A stretch of DNA of 64,000 bases. Origin: Escherichia coli. Its GTDB lineage: Bacteria; Pseudomonadota; Gammaproteobacteria; Enterobacterales; Enterobacteriaceae. The stretch is taken from NCBI RefSeq assembly GCF_048403405.1, contig NZ_CP183129.1; one strand, written 5' to 3'. Each line of letters opens with the position of its first letter. The first letter of the stretch is position 1. Below are positions 27,710 to 37,606 of this stretch, in pieces. Under the pieces are notes generated by a model, which was not told the origin of the DNA, did not search any database, and saw only the letters and a list, made by a program, of their open reading frames with translations. The position numbers and the translations under genes were made by a program.

Positions 27710-28360
27710 ATGGCAGTTTCAGCAAAGCACGACGAATTTAATCACTGGTGGGCAACAGAGGGTGACTGGGTTGAAGAGCCTAACTATCGCCGCAATGGTA
27801 TGAGCGGGGTGCAATGCGTCGAGCGCAACGGCAAAAAGCTATATGTAAAGCGCATGACGCATCATCTGTTTCATTCCGTACGTTATCCGTTCGGCCGACC
27901 AACGATTGTCCGTGAGGTTGCGGTAATTAAAGAACTGGAACGGGCCGGTGTCATCGTGCCGAAGATCGTTTTTGGTGAAGCGGTGAAAATTGAGGGGGAA
28001 TGGCGCGCGTTGCTGGTGACTGAAGATATGGCGGGGTTCATCAGCATTGCTGACTGGTATGCCCAGCATGCAGTAACGCCCTATTCTGACGAAGTACGGC
28101 AAGCCATGTTGAAAGCAGTGGCGCTGGCGTTTAAGAAAATGCATAGCGTTAATCGTCAGCATGGCTGTTGCTATGTTCGCCATATCTATGTGAAAACAGA
28201 AGGTAAGGCAGAAGCTGGATTTCTTGATCTGGAGAAAAGTCGTCGCCGCTTGCGTCGCGATAAAGCGATTAATCATGACTTCCGCCAGCTGGAAAAATAT
28301 CTGGAGCCGATCCCCAAAGCGGACTGGGAGCAGGTGAAAGCGTATTACTACGCCATGTAA
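27710..28360 (+). CDS. inaA: InaA (Kdo/WaaP-like lipopolysaccharide kinase family)
   Basis: 216-aa ORF beginning MAVSAKHDEFNHWWATEGDWVEEPNYRRNGMSGV. Confidence 0.8.
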   Translation: MAVSAKHDEFNHWWATEGDWVEEPNYRRNGMSGVQCVERNGKKLYVKRMTHHLFHSVRYPFGRPTIVREVAVIKELERAGVIVPKIVFGEAVKIEGEWRALLVTEDMAGFISIADWYAQHAVTPYSDEVRQAMLKAVALAFKKMHSVNRQHGCCYVRHIYVKTEGKAEAGFLDLEKSRRRLRRDKAINHDFRQLEKYLEPIPKADWEQVKAYYYAM

Positions 28361-28413
28361 TCGTTGTAGGCCAGATAATACGCGTAAGCGTCGTATCTGG
28401 CGCTAGTACCCGA

Positions 28414-28668
28414 TCACAACTCGATTTCAATATCGCCTTTTGCCCGGCAACAACAGGGCAAAATTTCCCCCGGCTGAATAAAGGCTAACGGTTCGGCAAT
28501 CCAGTCCACCTGGCCTGCAACAAGGCGCGTGCGACAGGAACCGCAGTAACCTTCGCGGCACTGGTACTCAACCGCCACATTGTGGGATTCCAGCGCCGCC
28601 AGAAGGGAAGGGTGTTCATCCTGGCACAGCAGTTGTGTGCCAGTGATGCGCAGGGTAACGCGAGCCAT
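28414..28668 (-). CDS. yfaE: 2Fe-2S ferredoxin YfaE (NrdB diferric-tyrosyl cofactor maintenance)
   Basis: 84-aa ORF with ferredoxin cysteine motif CREGYCGSC...CC. Confidence 0.8.
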   Translation of the reverse strand: MARVTLRITGTQLLCQDEHPSLLAALESHNVAVEYQCREGYCGSCRTRLVAGQVDWIAEPLAFIQPGEILPCCCRAKGDIEIEL

Positions 28669-29798
28669 CAGAGCTGGAAGTTACTCAAATCGTCGGTGTC
28701 CACTTCCGAGTCAATCTGCCCGACCAGATAAGAACTGACTTCCACTTCCTGCGGAGCAACCTGCACGTTATCAGACACCAGCCAGGTATTGATCCACGGG
28801 ATCGGGTTGGAGCGCGTCTGGAACGGCAGATCCAAACCGACTGCCTGCATGCGGATATTGGTGATGTATTCAACGTACTGGCAGAGAATGTCTTTATTCA
28901 GACCAATCATCGAACCGTCGCGGAACAGATAATCCGCCCAGTCTTTCTCTTGCTGTGCCGCCTGGACAAACAGGTCATAGCACTCCTGCTTACATTCTTC
29001 GGCAATTTCCGCCATCTCCGGATCATCCGCACCGCTGCGCAGCAGATTCAGCATATGCTGAGTACCGGTCAGGTGCAGGGCTTCGTCGCGGGCAATCAGG
29101 CGAATAATTTTGGCGTTACCTTCCATCAGTTCGCGTTCTGCAAAGGCAAAGGAACAAGCAAAGCTGACGTAGAAGCGGATCGCTTCCAGCGCGTTAACGC
29201 TCATCAGGCAGAGATACAGTTTTTTCTTCAGCTCGCGCAGGCTAACGGTTACGGTTTTACCGTTAACGGTGTGGGTACCTTCGCCCAGCAGATGCCAGTA
29301 GCTGGTCATTTCGATCAGCTCATCGTAATAGCTGGAGATCCCTTCCGCACGTTTCTGGATCTGCTCGTTGGTGACGATATCATCAAACACAACGGACGGA
29401 TCGTTAACGATATTACGAATGATATGGGTATAAGAACGAGAGTGAATGGTTTCTGAGAACGCCCAGGTTTCGACCCAGGTTTCCAGTTCAGGGATCGAGA
29501 TCAGCGGCAGCAGTGCCACGTTCGGGCTGCGACCCTGAATGGAGTCCAGCAACGTCTGATATTTCAGGTTGCTGATAAAGATGTGTTTTTCGTGTTCAGG
29601 CAGTGCCTGGTAATCGATACGGTCACGAGAAACGTCAACTTCTTCCGGACGCCAGAAGAAAGAGAGCTGCTTTTCGATCAGCTTTTCGAAGATGTCATAT
29701 TTTTGCTGATCGTAGCGAGCCACGTTGACCGGCTGACCAAAGAACATCGGTTCTTTGAGCTGATCATTTTTCGTCTGTGAAAAGGTGGTATATGCCAT
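28668..29798 (-). CDS. nrdB: ribonucleoside-diphosphate reductase 1 beta subunit
   Basis: Translation from [14 protein letters not shown] (376 aa) matches class Ia RNR small subunit; track ORF extends 17 codons upstream. Confidence 0.9.
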
Positions 29799-29821
29799 GA
29801 ATGTGTCCTGTTGGGAGTTTA

Positions 29822-29934
29822 ATGCCGGATAAGGCATTTTACGCCGCATCCTGTGCCTGATGCGACGCTGGCGCGTCTTATCAGGCCTACAAACCGAGCC
29901 GTATGCCGGATAAGGCGTTCACGCCGCATCCGGC
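29822..29934. repeat. REP/BIME cluster between nrdA and nrdB
   Basis: Palindromic units gccggataaggcgtt.acgccgcatccggc and gcctgatgcgacgctggcgcgtcttatcaggcctac. Confidence 0.7.
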
Positions 29935-29943
29935 ATCTCAATA

Positions 29944-32229
29944 TCAGATCTTACATGCGCCGCTTTCGCAGCCATCGTCCTGGATTGACGGTACCAGATC
30001 GTCCTGCGCGTCTTCAGCGCCGTCACGGGTGTTCTGATAATACAGCGTTTTGACCCCGAATTTGTAGGCGGTGAGCAGGTCTTTCAGCAGTTGCTGCATC
30101 GGCACTTTTCCTGACGGGAAGCGTGACGGATCGTAGTTGGTGTTAGCAGAGATCGACTGATCGATAAATTTCTGCATGATACCCACCAGTTGCAGATAGC
30201 CATCGTTACCCGGCATTTCCCACAGCAGTTCATAGGCGTCGTGCAGATGCTCGTAGTCCGGCACCACCTGGCGCAGAATACCGTCTTTCGACGCTTTGAT
30301 GCTGACGTAACCACGCGGCGGTTCAATACCGTTAGTGGCGTTAGAGATCTGCGAAGAGGTCTCGGACGGCATCAGAGCAGAAAGCGTGGAGTTACGCAGG
30401 CCGTGCGTTTTGATTGACTCACGCAGTGCTTCCCAGTCGTAATGCAGCGGCTCATTAGCGATGGCATCCAGATCTTTCTTATAGGTATCGATCGGCAGGA
30501 TCCCTTTCGCGTAAGTGGTTTCGTTAAACCACGGGCACGCGCCTTGCTCTTTCGCCAGCTCATTAGAGGCTTTCAGCAGGTAATACTGAATAGCTTCGAA
30601 GGTTTTATGCGTCAGGTTGTTGGCGCTGCCGTCGGAGTAGCGTTTACCGTGCTTCGCCAGGTAGTAAGCGAAGTTGATCACACCAATACCCAGCGTACGA
30701 CGACCCATCGCTCCACGTTTGGCGGCCGGGATCGGGTAATCCTGATAGTCCAGCAGCGCGTCGAGTGCGCGTACCGCCAGAATCGCCAGCTCTTCCAGTT
30801 CATCCAGGCTATTAATTGCACCCAGGTTGAAAGCAGACAGCGTACACAGCGCGATTTCACCGTTCTCGTCGTTGACATCATTCAGCGGTTTGGTCGGCAG
30901 GGCGATTTCCAGGCACAGGTTAGACTGGCGCACTGGCGCGATGGCCGGATCAAACGGGCTATGGGTATTGCAGTGGTCAACGTTCTGAATATAGATACGA
31001 CCGGTAGACGCACGTTCCTGCATCATCAGCGAGAACAGCTCAACGGCTTTCACACGCTGCTTGCGGATGCTGTCGTCTTTCTCATATTTGGTATACAGGC
31101 GTTCAAACTCTTCCTGATCGGCGAAGAACGCGTCGTACAGCCCCGGTACGTCGGACGGGCTGAACAGAGTGATATCTTCACCTTTCAGCAGACGGGTATA
31201 CATCAGTTTGTTGATTTGTACCCCGTAGTCCATATGACGCACGCGGTTGCCTTCAACCCCACGGTTGTTTTTCAAAACCAACAGGCTTTCCACTTCCAGA
31301 TGCCACATCGGGTAGAACAGCGTTGCCGCACCGCCGCGCACACCGCCCTGAGAGCAGGATTTCACCGCTGTCTGGAAATGTTTGTAGAACGGGATACAGC
31401 CGGTATGGAACGCTTCGCCACCGCGAATCGGGCTACCCAGCGCGCGAATACGCCCGGCGTTGATGCCGATCCCGGCACGCTGGGATACGTATTTAACAAT
31501 CGCGCTGGAGGTGGCGTTGATGGAATCCAGGCTGTCACCGCACTCGATCAGTACGCAGGAGCTGAACTGACGAGTCGGGGTACGCACGCCGGACATGATT
31601 GGCGTCGGCAGCGAAATTTTAAATGTGGAAACCGCGTCGTAAAAACGCTTCACATATTGCAGGCGCGTTTCACGCGGGTAGTTCGAGAACAGGCACGCGG
31701 CAACCAGAATATAAAGGAACTGGGCGCTTTCGTAGATTTCGCCGGTCACACGGTTCTGCACCAGATATTTGCCTTCCAGCTGTTTAACGGCAGCATAAGA
31801 GAAGGTCATATCACGGTCGTGATCGATAAACGTGTCCATCTGCTTGAACTCTTCTTCCGTGTAGTCTTCCAGCAGATGATTATCGTATTTGCCCATCTCG
31901 ACCATTTTCACCACGTGGTCGTACAGCGCAGGCGGCTCAAACTGGCCGTAGGCTTTTTTACGCAGGTGGAAGATCGCCAGGCGCGCGGCGAGATACTGAT
32001 AATCCGGCGCATCACGGGAGATCAGGTCTGCGGCAGCCTTGATAATGGTTTCGTGGATGTCAGAGGTCTTGATACCGTCATAAAACTGAATGTGGGAGCG
32101 CAGTTCGACCTGGGAAATCGAAACGTTATGCAGTCCTTCTGCCGCCCAATCCAGAACGCGATGGATTTTGTCGAGATTGATGCGCTCTGTGCTACCGTCG
32201 CGCTTTGTCACCAGCAGATTCTGATTCAT
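29944..32229 (-). CDS. nrdA: ribonucleoside-diphosphate reductase 1 alpha subunit
   Basis: 761-aa ORF beginning MNQNLLVTKRDGSTERINLDKIHRVLDWAAEGL (ATP-cone then RNR large subunit). Confidence 0.95.
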   Translation of the reverse strand: MNQNLLVTKRDGSTERINLDKIHRVLDWAAEGLHNVSISQVELRSHIQFYDGIKTSDIHETIIKAAADLISRDAPDYQYLAARLAIFHLRKKAYGQFEPPALYDHVVKMVEMGKYDNHLLEDYTEEEFKQMDTFIDHDRDMTFSYAAVKQLEGKYLVQNRVTGEIYESAQFLYILVAACLFSNYPRETRLQYVKRFYDAVSTFKISLPTPIMSGVRTPTRQFSSCVLIECGDSLDSINATSSAIVKYVSQRAGIGINAGRIRALGSPIRGGEAFHTGCIPFYKHFQTAVKSCSQGGVRGGAATLFYPMWHLEVESLLVLKNNRGVEGNRVRHMDYGVQINKLMYTRLLKGEDITLFSPSDVPGLYDAFFADQEEFERLYTKYEKDDSIRKQRVKAVELFSLMMQERASTGRIYIQNVDHCNTHSPFDPAIAPVRQSNLCLEIALPTKPLNDVNDENGEIALCTLSAFNLGAINSLDELEELAILAVRALDALLDYQDYPIPAAKRGAMGRRTLGIGVINFAYYLAKHGKRYSDGSANNLTHKTFEAIQYYLLKASNELAKEQGACPWFNETTYAKGILPIDTYKKDLDAIANEPLHYDWEALRESIKTHGLRNSTLSALMPSETSSQISNATNGIEPPRGYVSIKASKDGILRQVVPDYEHLHDAYELLWEMPGNDGYLQLVGIMQKFIDQSISANTNYDPSRFPSGKVPMQQLLKDLLTAYKFGVKTLYYQNTRDGAEDAQDDLVPSIQDDGCESGACKI

Positions 32230-32306
32230 GTATGTCGTACCTGTTTTTGGAATTCTTTCCGCAATAGTTTCATGCAGACTACCTGTAGTGAGGGAAGCTG
32301 CTTAGA

Positions 32307-32352
32307 ACACTATATATAGGGGGTATGTTTGGGATTCACTGCAAGATAGTGT
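32307..32352 (-). promoter_or_regulatory. candidate NrdR boxes in nrdAB promoter
   Basis: Two palindrome-like elements acactatatataggg and cactgcaagatagtgtg about 80-120 bp upstream of nrdA. Confidence 0.4.
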
Positions 32353-32382
32353 GAAAATGGCCCTCTTGCAAGTGCATAACTT

Positions 32383-32391
32383 TGTGGATAA
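32383..32391 (-). promoter_or_regulatory. DnaA box (TTATCCACA) upstream of nrdA
   Basis: Perfect 9-mer consensus on the minus strand (plus strand tgtggataa). Confidence 0.5.
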
Positions 32392-32924
32392 CTCAGGAAG
32401 GAAAAAGTGGCTTTCGCGCACCTTAGGTCAGACAAGGTGTCCGGGAAAGTCAATGGGAAGAGAAAAATTTGTTAAAAATAACTGTTCGGCGATTTCTTGA
32501 ACGGAAGAATAGGTTAGATAAATTGATATAGATGGTTTATTAATCTTTTGGCTAATGATTGCAAAAATTGATCTAAGCACGAGTCATCACATAATCTGAT
32601 GTATCAGTTCTGGTCAATATATAAGCGAATGTAAGCGATTGTTGATATCGAAATGGTTGTTTTCTCTTCGGTTGTTGTTAAATGCGAAGCCATTTTGTTA
32701 ATTTACCTTATATTATAAGAAAATTATTCATTACTTTAATTCAGTTTAAACATAACTGATATCCCTTAAGGTGATTAACTTGAATTATGACGCACTGATA
32801 TTATTCATGAAATAATAACAAAATAGCCATTGCACCGGGTTGAACAATTTACAAAAGAAAAATAACCCATATCGTATAATGCGATTAAATATGCCGTCTT
32901 ATAGAAAATGATGGTCAGATTAAT

Positions 32925-35900
32925 ATGCGGATTATTTTTCTACGCAAGGAGTATTTATCTTTACTCCCGTCAATGATTGCATCTCTTTTCTCTGCTAACG
33001 GTGTCGCGGCGGCCATTGATTCATGTCAGGGATATGATATCAAAGCGAGTTGTCACGCCAGCAGGCAAAGCCTTTCAGGCATTACGCAGGACTGGAGCAT
33101 CGCCGATGGGCAATGGCTGGTTTTTTCGGATATGACCAATAACGCCAGCGGTGGGGCCGTATTTTTGCAACAAGGAGCGGAGTTTTCTCTATCGCCAGAA
33201 AATGAAACTGGAATGACTCTGTTTGCCAATAATACTGTCTCAGGAGAATATAATAACGGCGGGGCAATATTTGCTAAAGAAAACTCAACGCTGAATCTTA
33301 CTAATGTTATTTTTTCCGATAACGTTGCAGGTGGCTATGGTGGCGCAATCTATTCTTCTGGTACTAACGATACCGGTGTCGTCGATTTAAGTGTCACTAA
33401 CGCCGTGTTTCGCAATAACATCGCTAATGACGGCAAAGGTGGTGCAATTTATACCATCAACAATGACGTCTATTTAAGTGAAGTTATTTTTGACAATAAC
33501 CAGGCATATACATCAACAAGTTACAGCGATGGCGATGGGGGCGCAATCGATGTCACCGATAATAATAGCGATATCACGCATCCGTCAGGTTTCACAATAA
33601 TAAATAACACCGCATTTACAAATAACACTGCCGAAGGTTATGGCGGGGCAATTTATACCAATAGCGTGACGGCTCCCTATCTTATTGATATTTCGATTGA
33701 TGACAGCTACAGCCAGAACGGCGGCGTGTTACTCGATGAGAACAATAGCGCGGCAGGTTATGGGGATGGTCCTTCCACTGCGGCGGGCGGCTTTATGTAT
33801 CTCGGCTTAAGTGAAGTTACCTTTGATATTGCCGACGGAAAAACGCTGGTTATCGGCAATACAGAGAATGACGGAGCTGTTGACTCTATTGCTGGTACCG
33901 GGGTAATCACCAAAACAGGTTCCGGCGATCTGGTACTTAATGCAGATAACAATGACTTTACTGGCGAGATGCAGATAGAAAACGGTGAAGTTACCCTGGG
34001 CCGCAGCAACTCCCTGATGAATGTCGGCGATACGCATTGCCAGGACGATCCGCAAGACTGCTACGGTCTGACGATAGGGAGTATTGATCAGTATCAGAAT
34101 CAGGCTGAGCTAAACGTTGGCTCGACCCAACAAACTTTTGTGCACGCATTGACGGGCTTTCAGAATGGCACTTTAAATATCGATGCTGGTGGCAACGTTA
34201 CTGTTAATCAGGGCAGTTTTGCTGGCACCATCGAAGGTGCTGGTCAGCTCACCATTGCGCAAAACGGCAGCTACGTGCTGGCAGGGGCGCAGTCGATGGC
34301 GCTAACCGGCGATATAGTCGTTGATGATGGCGCGGTGCTTACGCTGGAAGGCGACGCGGCAGATCTTGCCGCTCTCCAGGACGATCCGCAGTCGATCGTG
34401 TTAAACGGCGGTGTGCTCGATCTCTCTGATTTCTCCACCTGGCAGAGCGGTACATCATACAACGATGGCCTTGAAGTCAGCGGCAGCAGCGGAACGGTTA
34501 TCGGCAGTCAGGATGTGGTAGATCTTGCAGGCGGAAACGATATGCATATCGGCGGTGACGGGAAAGATGGCGTCTACGTGGTGGTCGATGCGGGCGACGG
34601 GCTGGTTAGCCTGGCAAACAATAATAGTTACCTGGGCACCACGCAAATCGCTTCCGGTACGCTGGTGGTGAGCGACAACTCGCAGCTTGGCAATACCGAC
34701 GAAAACCGTCAGCTCATCTTTACTGATAGCCAACAACAAAGTGAGATGGAAATTACCGCTGACGTTGATACTCGTTCAGAGGCAGCAGGTCACGGGCGTG
34801 ATATTGAAATGCGCGCCGACGGTGAAGTGGCGGTTGATGCGGGGGTAGACACGCAGTGGGGCGCACTGATGGCTGACAGCAGCGGGCAGCATCTGGATGA
34901 GGGTAGCACATTGACTAAAACGGGAGCGGGTACGCTGGAAATGACCGCCAGTGGTACGACGCAGTCGGCGGTACGTGTCGAAGAAGGCACGCTGCAAGGC
35001 GATGTTGCGGATATCTTCCCTTATGCTTCGTCGCTGTGGGTCGGTGACGGGGCAACGTTCAAGACTGGCGCGGATCAGGATATTCAGTCAATTGATGTTA
35101 CTTCCAGCGGCACTATCGACATCAGCGATGGTACGGTTTTGCGCCTGACCGGGCAGGATACTTCCGTCGCCCTTAATGCCTCACTGTTTAACGGCGATGG
35201 GACGCTGGTGAATGCTACTGATGGCGTGACGTTGACAGGCGAGCTTAATACCAACCTTGAAACTGACAGCCTGACCTATCTTGCCGACGTGACGGTTAAT
35301 GGTGATCTGACCAATACGTCCGGTGCGGTTAGCCTGCAAAATGGCGTCGCTGGCGATACGCTGACGGTAAACGGTGATTATACCGGCGGCGGTACGCTAC
35401 TGCTCGATAGCGAATTAAACGGCGATGACTCGGCAAGTGACCAACTGGTGTTGAACGGTAATACTGCTGGCAACACGACCGTGGTAATTAATCCCATTAC
35501 GGGTATTGGTGAGCCGACATCTACAGGTATTAAAGTGGTTGATTTCGCAGCCGAACCCACGCAGTTTCAAAACAATGCGCAGTTCAGTCTGGCGGGCAGC
35601 GGCTACGTCAATATGGGCGCGTATGACTACACGCTGGTGGAAGATAACAACGACTGGTATCTGCGATCGCAAGAAGTAACGCCACCATCGCCACCTGATC
35701 CAGACCCGACTCCCGATCCTGATCCCACGCCGGATCCTGATCCAACACCCGACCCGGAACCTACGCCTGCCTACCAGCCGGTGTTGAATGCCAAAGTTGG
35801 TGGATATTTTAATAACCTGCGGGCGGCAAATCAGGCGTTTGTGATGGAGCGACACGATCACGCTGGTGGCGATGGTCAGACGCTGAATTTACGTATTATC

Positions 35901-36677
35901 GGCGGAGATTATCATTACACAGCAGCGGGGCAACTGGCTCAGCATGAAGATACTTCTACGGTGCAGCTTAGCGGCGACTTGTTTAGCGGACGCTGGGGCG
36001 CGGATGGCGAGTGGATGCTTGGGGCGGTTGGTGGCTACAGTGATAACCAGGGCGACAGCCGCTCGAATATGACCGGAACTCGCGCCGATAACCAGAACCA
36101 CGGTTATGCCGTTGGTCTGACCTCAAGCTGGTTTCAGCACGGTAATCAGAAGCAGGGGGCCTGGCTGGATAGCTGGCTGCAATACGCGTGGTTTAACAAT
36201 GATGTTTCCGAACATGAAGATGGCGTGGATCATTACCACTCATCGGGGATTATCGCCTCGCTGGAAGCCGGGTATCAGTGGTTACCGGGGCATGGAGTGG
36301 TGATTGAACCACAGGCGCAGGTGATTTATCAGGGCGTGCAGCAGGATGATTTTACCGCCGCTAACCATGCGCGCGTGTCACAATCGCAGGGTGATGATAT
36401 TCAAACGCGGCTGGGTTTACACAGCGAATGGCGTACCGCTGTTCATGTCATACCATCATTAGATCTGAATTATTATCACGATCCCCATGCGACGGAAATT
36501 GAAGAAGATGGCAGCACTATCAGTGACGATGCGGTGAAGCAACGGGGTGAAATAAAAGTGGGAGTCACGGGCAATATCAGTCAGCGAGTTTCGCTGCGCG
36601 GCAGCGTGGCGTGGCAGAAAGGGAGTGATGATTTTGCCCAGACGGCAGGGTTTTTGTCGATGACGGTGAAATGGTAG
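32925..36677 (+). CDS. yfaL: autotransporter adhesin (AIDA-type) YfaL
   Basis: 1250-aa ORF: passenger with GGAIY-type repeats, proline-rich linker, C-terminal beta-barrel ending in W. Confidence 0.85.
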   Translation: MRIIFLRKEYLSLLPSMIASLFSANGVAAAIDSCQGYDIKASCHASRQSLSGITQDWSIADGQWLVFSDMTNNASGGAVFLQQGAEFSLSPENETGMTLFANNTVSGEYNNGGAIFAKENSTLNLTNVIFSDNVAGGYGGAIYSSGTNDTGVVDLSVTNAVFRNNIANDGKGGAIYTINNDVYLSEVIFDNNQAYTSTSYSDGDGGAIDVTDNNSDITHPSGFTIINNTAFTNNTAEGYGGAIYTNSVTAPYLIDISIDDSYSQNGGVLLDENNSAAGYGDGPSTAAGGFMYLGLSEVTFDIADGKTLVIGNTENDGAVDSIAGTGVITKTGSGDLVLNADNNDFTGEMQIENGEVTLGRSNSLMNVGDTHCQDDPQDCYGLTIGSIDQYQNQAELNVGSTQQTFVHALTGFQNGTLNIDAGGNVTVNQGSFAGTIEGAGQLTIAQNGSYVLAGAQSMALTGDIVVDDGAVLTLEGDAADLAALQDDPQSIVLNGGVLDLSDFSTWQSGTSYNDGLEVSGSSGTVIGSQDVVDLAGGNDMHIGGDGKDGVYVVVDAGDGLVSLANNNSYLGTTQIASGTLVVSDNSQLGNTDENRQLIFTDSQQQSEMEITADVDTRSEAAGHGRDIEMRADGEVAVDAGVDTQWGALMADSSGQHLDEGSTLTKTGAGTLEMTASGTTQSAVRVEEGTLQGDVADIFPYASSLWVGDGATFKTGADQDIQSIDVTSSGTIDISDGTVLRLTGQDTSVALNASLFNGDGTLVNATDGVTLTGELNTNLETDSLTYLADVTVNGDLTNTSGAVSLQNGVAGDTLTVNGDYTGGGTLLLDSELNGDDSASDQLVLNGNTAGNTTVVINPITGIGEPTSTGIKVVDFAAEPTQFQNNAQFSLAGSGYVNMGAYDYTLVEDNNDWYLRSQEVTPPSPPDPDPTPDPDPTPDPDPTPDPEPTPAYQPVLNAKVGGYFNNLRAANQAFVMERHDHAGGDGQTLNLRIIGGDYHYTAAGQLAQHEDTSTVQLSGDLFSGRWGADGEWMLGAVGGYSDNQGDSRSNMTGTRADNQNHGYAVGLTSSWFQHGNQKQGAWLDSWLQYAWFNNDVSEHEDGVDHYHSSGIIASLEAGYQWLPGHGVVIEPQAQVIYQGVQQDDFTAANHARVSQSQGDDIQTRLGLHSEWRTAVHVIPSLDLNYYHDPHATEIEEDGSTISDDAVKQRGEIKVGVTGNISQRVSLRGSVAWQKGSDDFAQTAGFLSMTVKW
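35683..35769 (+). repeat. tandem PDPDPT-encoding repeats in yfaL linker
   Basis: cc(t/c)gatcc(t/a)ga(t/c)cc.ac.cc repeated; translation PPSPPDPDPTPDPDPTPDPDPTPDPEPTP. Confidence 0.6.
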
Positions 36678-36683
36678 CTGCTT

Positions 36684-36735
36684 TGCGCCCGGCATTGTAG
36701 CCGGATGTGGTGCGAGCACCTTATCCGGCTAACAA
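36684..36735. repeat. REP-like palindromic element between yfaL and ubiG
   Basis: gcccggcattgtagccggatg...cttatccggctaac. Confidence 0.5.
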
Positions 36736-36737
36736 TT

Positions 36738-37460
36738 TTATTTATTCTGCGTGTGCAGCATATAGTTCACATCGACGCCGGGGCCGAGCTTAAAGGAATT
36801 AGTGATCGGGTTGTAATGCAGCCCGGTTATATGTCGCTCTTTTAAACTGGTCTGATCCACCCAGCCCAGCAGTTCTGCCGGTTTTATAAATTTCTTCACG
36901 TCGTGCGTGCCTTTGGGCACCATGCGCAAAATATATTCCGCGCCAACCACCGCCATCAGCCATGACTTGCCGTTGCGGTTAAGCGTCGAGAAAAAGACAT
37001 CGCCGCCCGGTTTCACCAGTTGCGCACAGGCTCTGACCACTGACTGCGGATCGGGGACGTGCTCCAGCATCTCCATGCAGGTCACCACGTCATACTGCCC
37101 GGCATGTTTTGCCGCGTGCTCTTCCACGGTTTCCTGCACGTACTCTACCTGAATGCCACTTTCCAGCGCGTGCAACTTTGCCACCTGCAATGGCTCAAAG
37201 CCCATATCCAGACCGGTCACCGTCGCGCCTTCGCGCGCCATACTCTCGGCCAGAATGCCGCCGCCACAACCGACATCGAGCACCTTTTTGCCAAATAAAC
37301 CGCCAGCACGCTCGGCAATATAGCCCAGACGCAGCGGGTTAATGCGGTGCAGCGGTTTGAACTCACCTTCAAGATCCCACCAGCGGGAGGCGACAGCTTC
37401 AAATTTAGCGATCTCTTCGTGGTCTACGTTATGGTTTACCGGCGATTTTTCGGCATTCAT
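36738..37460 (-). CDS. ubiG: ubiquinone biosynthesis O-methyltransferase
   Basis: SAM-methyltransferase motif [13 protein letters not shown]; start chosen at [10 protein letters not shown] (track ORF is 16 codons longer). Confidence 0.85.
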   Translation of the reverse strand: MNAEKSPVNHNVDHEEIAKFEAVASRWWDLEGEFKPLHRINPLRLGYIAERAGGLFGKKVLDVGCGGGILAESMAREGATVTGLDMGFEPLQVAKLHALESGIQVEYVQETVEEHAAKHAGQYDVVTCMEMLEHVPDPQSVVRACAQLVKPGGDVFFSTLNRNGKSWLMAVVGAEYILRMVPKGTHDVKKFIKPAELLGWVDQTSLKERHITGLHYNPITNSFKLGPGVDVNYMLHTQNK

Positions 37461-37606
37461 TGGCACTTCTACTCCGTAATTGGCAAGACAAACGAGTATA
37501 TCAGGCATTGGATGTGAATAAAGCGTATAGGTTTACCTCAAACTGCGCGGCTGTGTTATAATTTGCGACCTTTGAATCCGGGATACAGTAGAGGGATAGC
37601 GGTTAG

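Noticed and set aside
30442-32319. 625-aa stop-free ORF on the + strand, entirely antisense to nrdA
   Set aside because: No plausible ribosome-binding site or promoter, and it lies wholly inside a strongly conserved essential gene. Long antisense open frames are a known by-product of codon bias in GC-balanced, highly expressed genes; the protein has no recognisable domain features.
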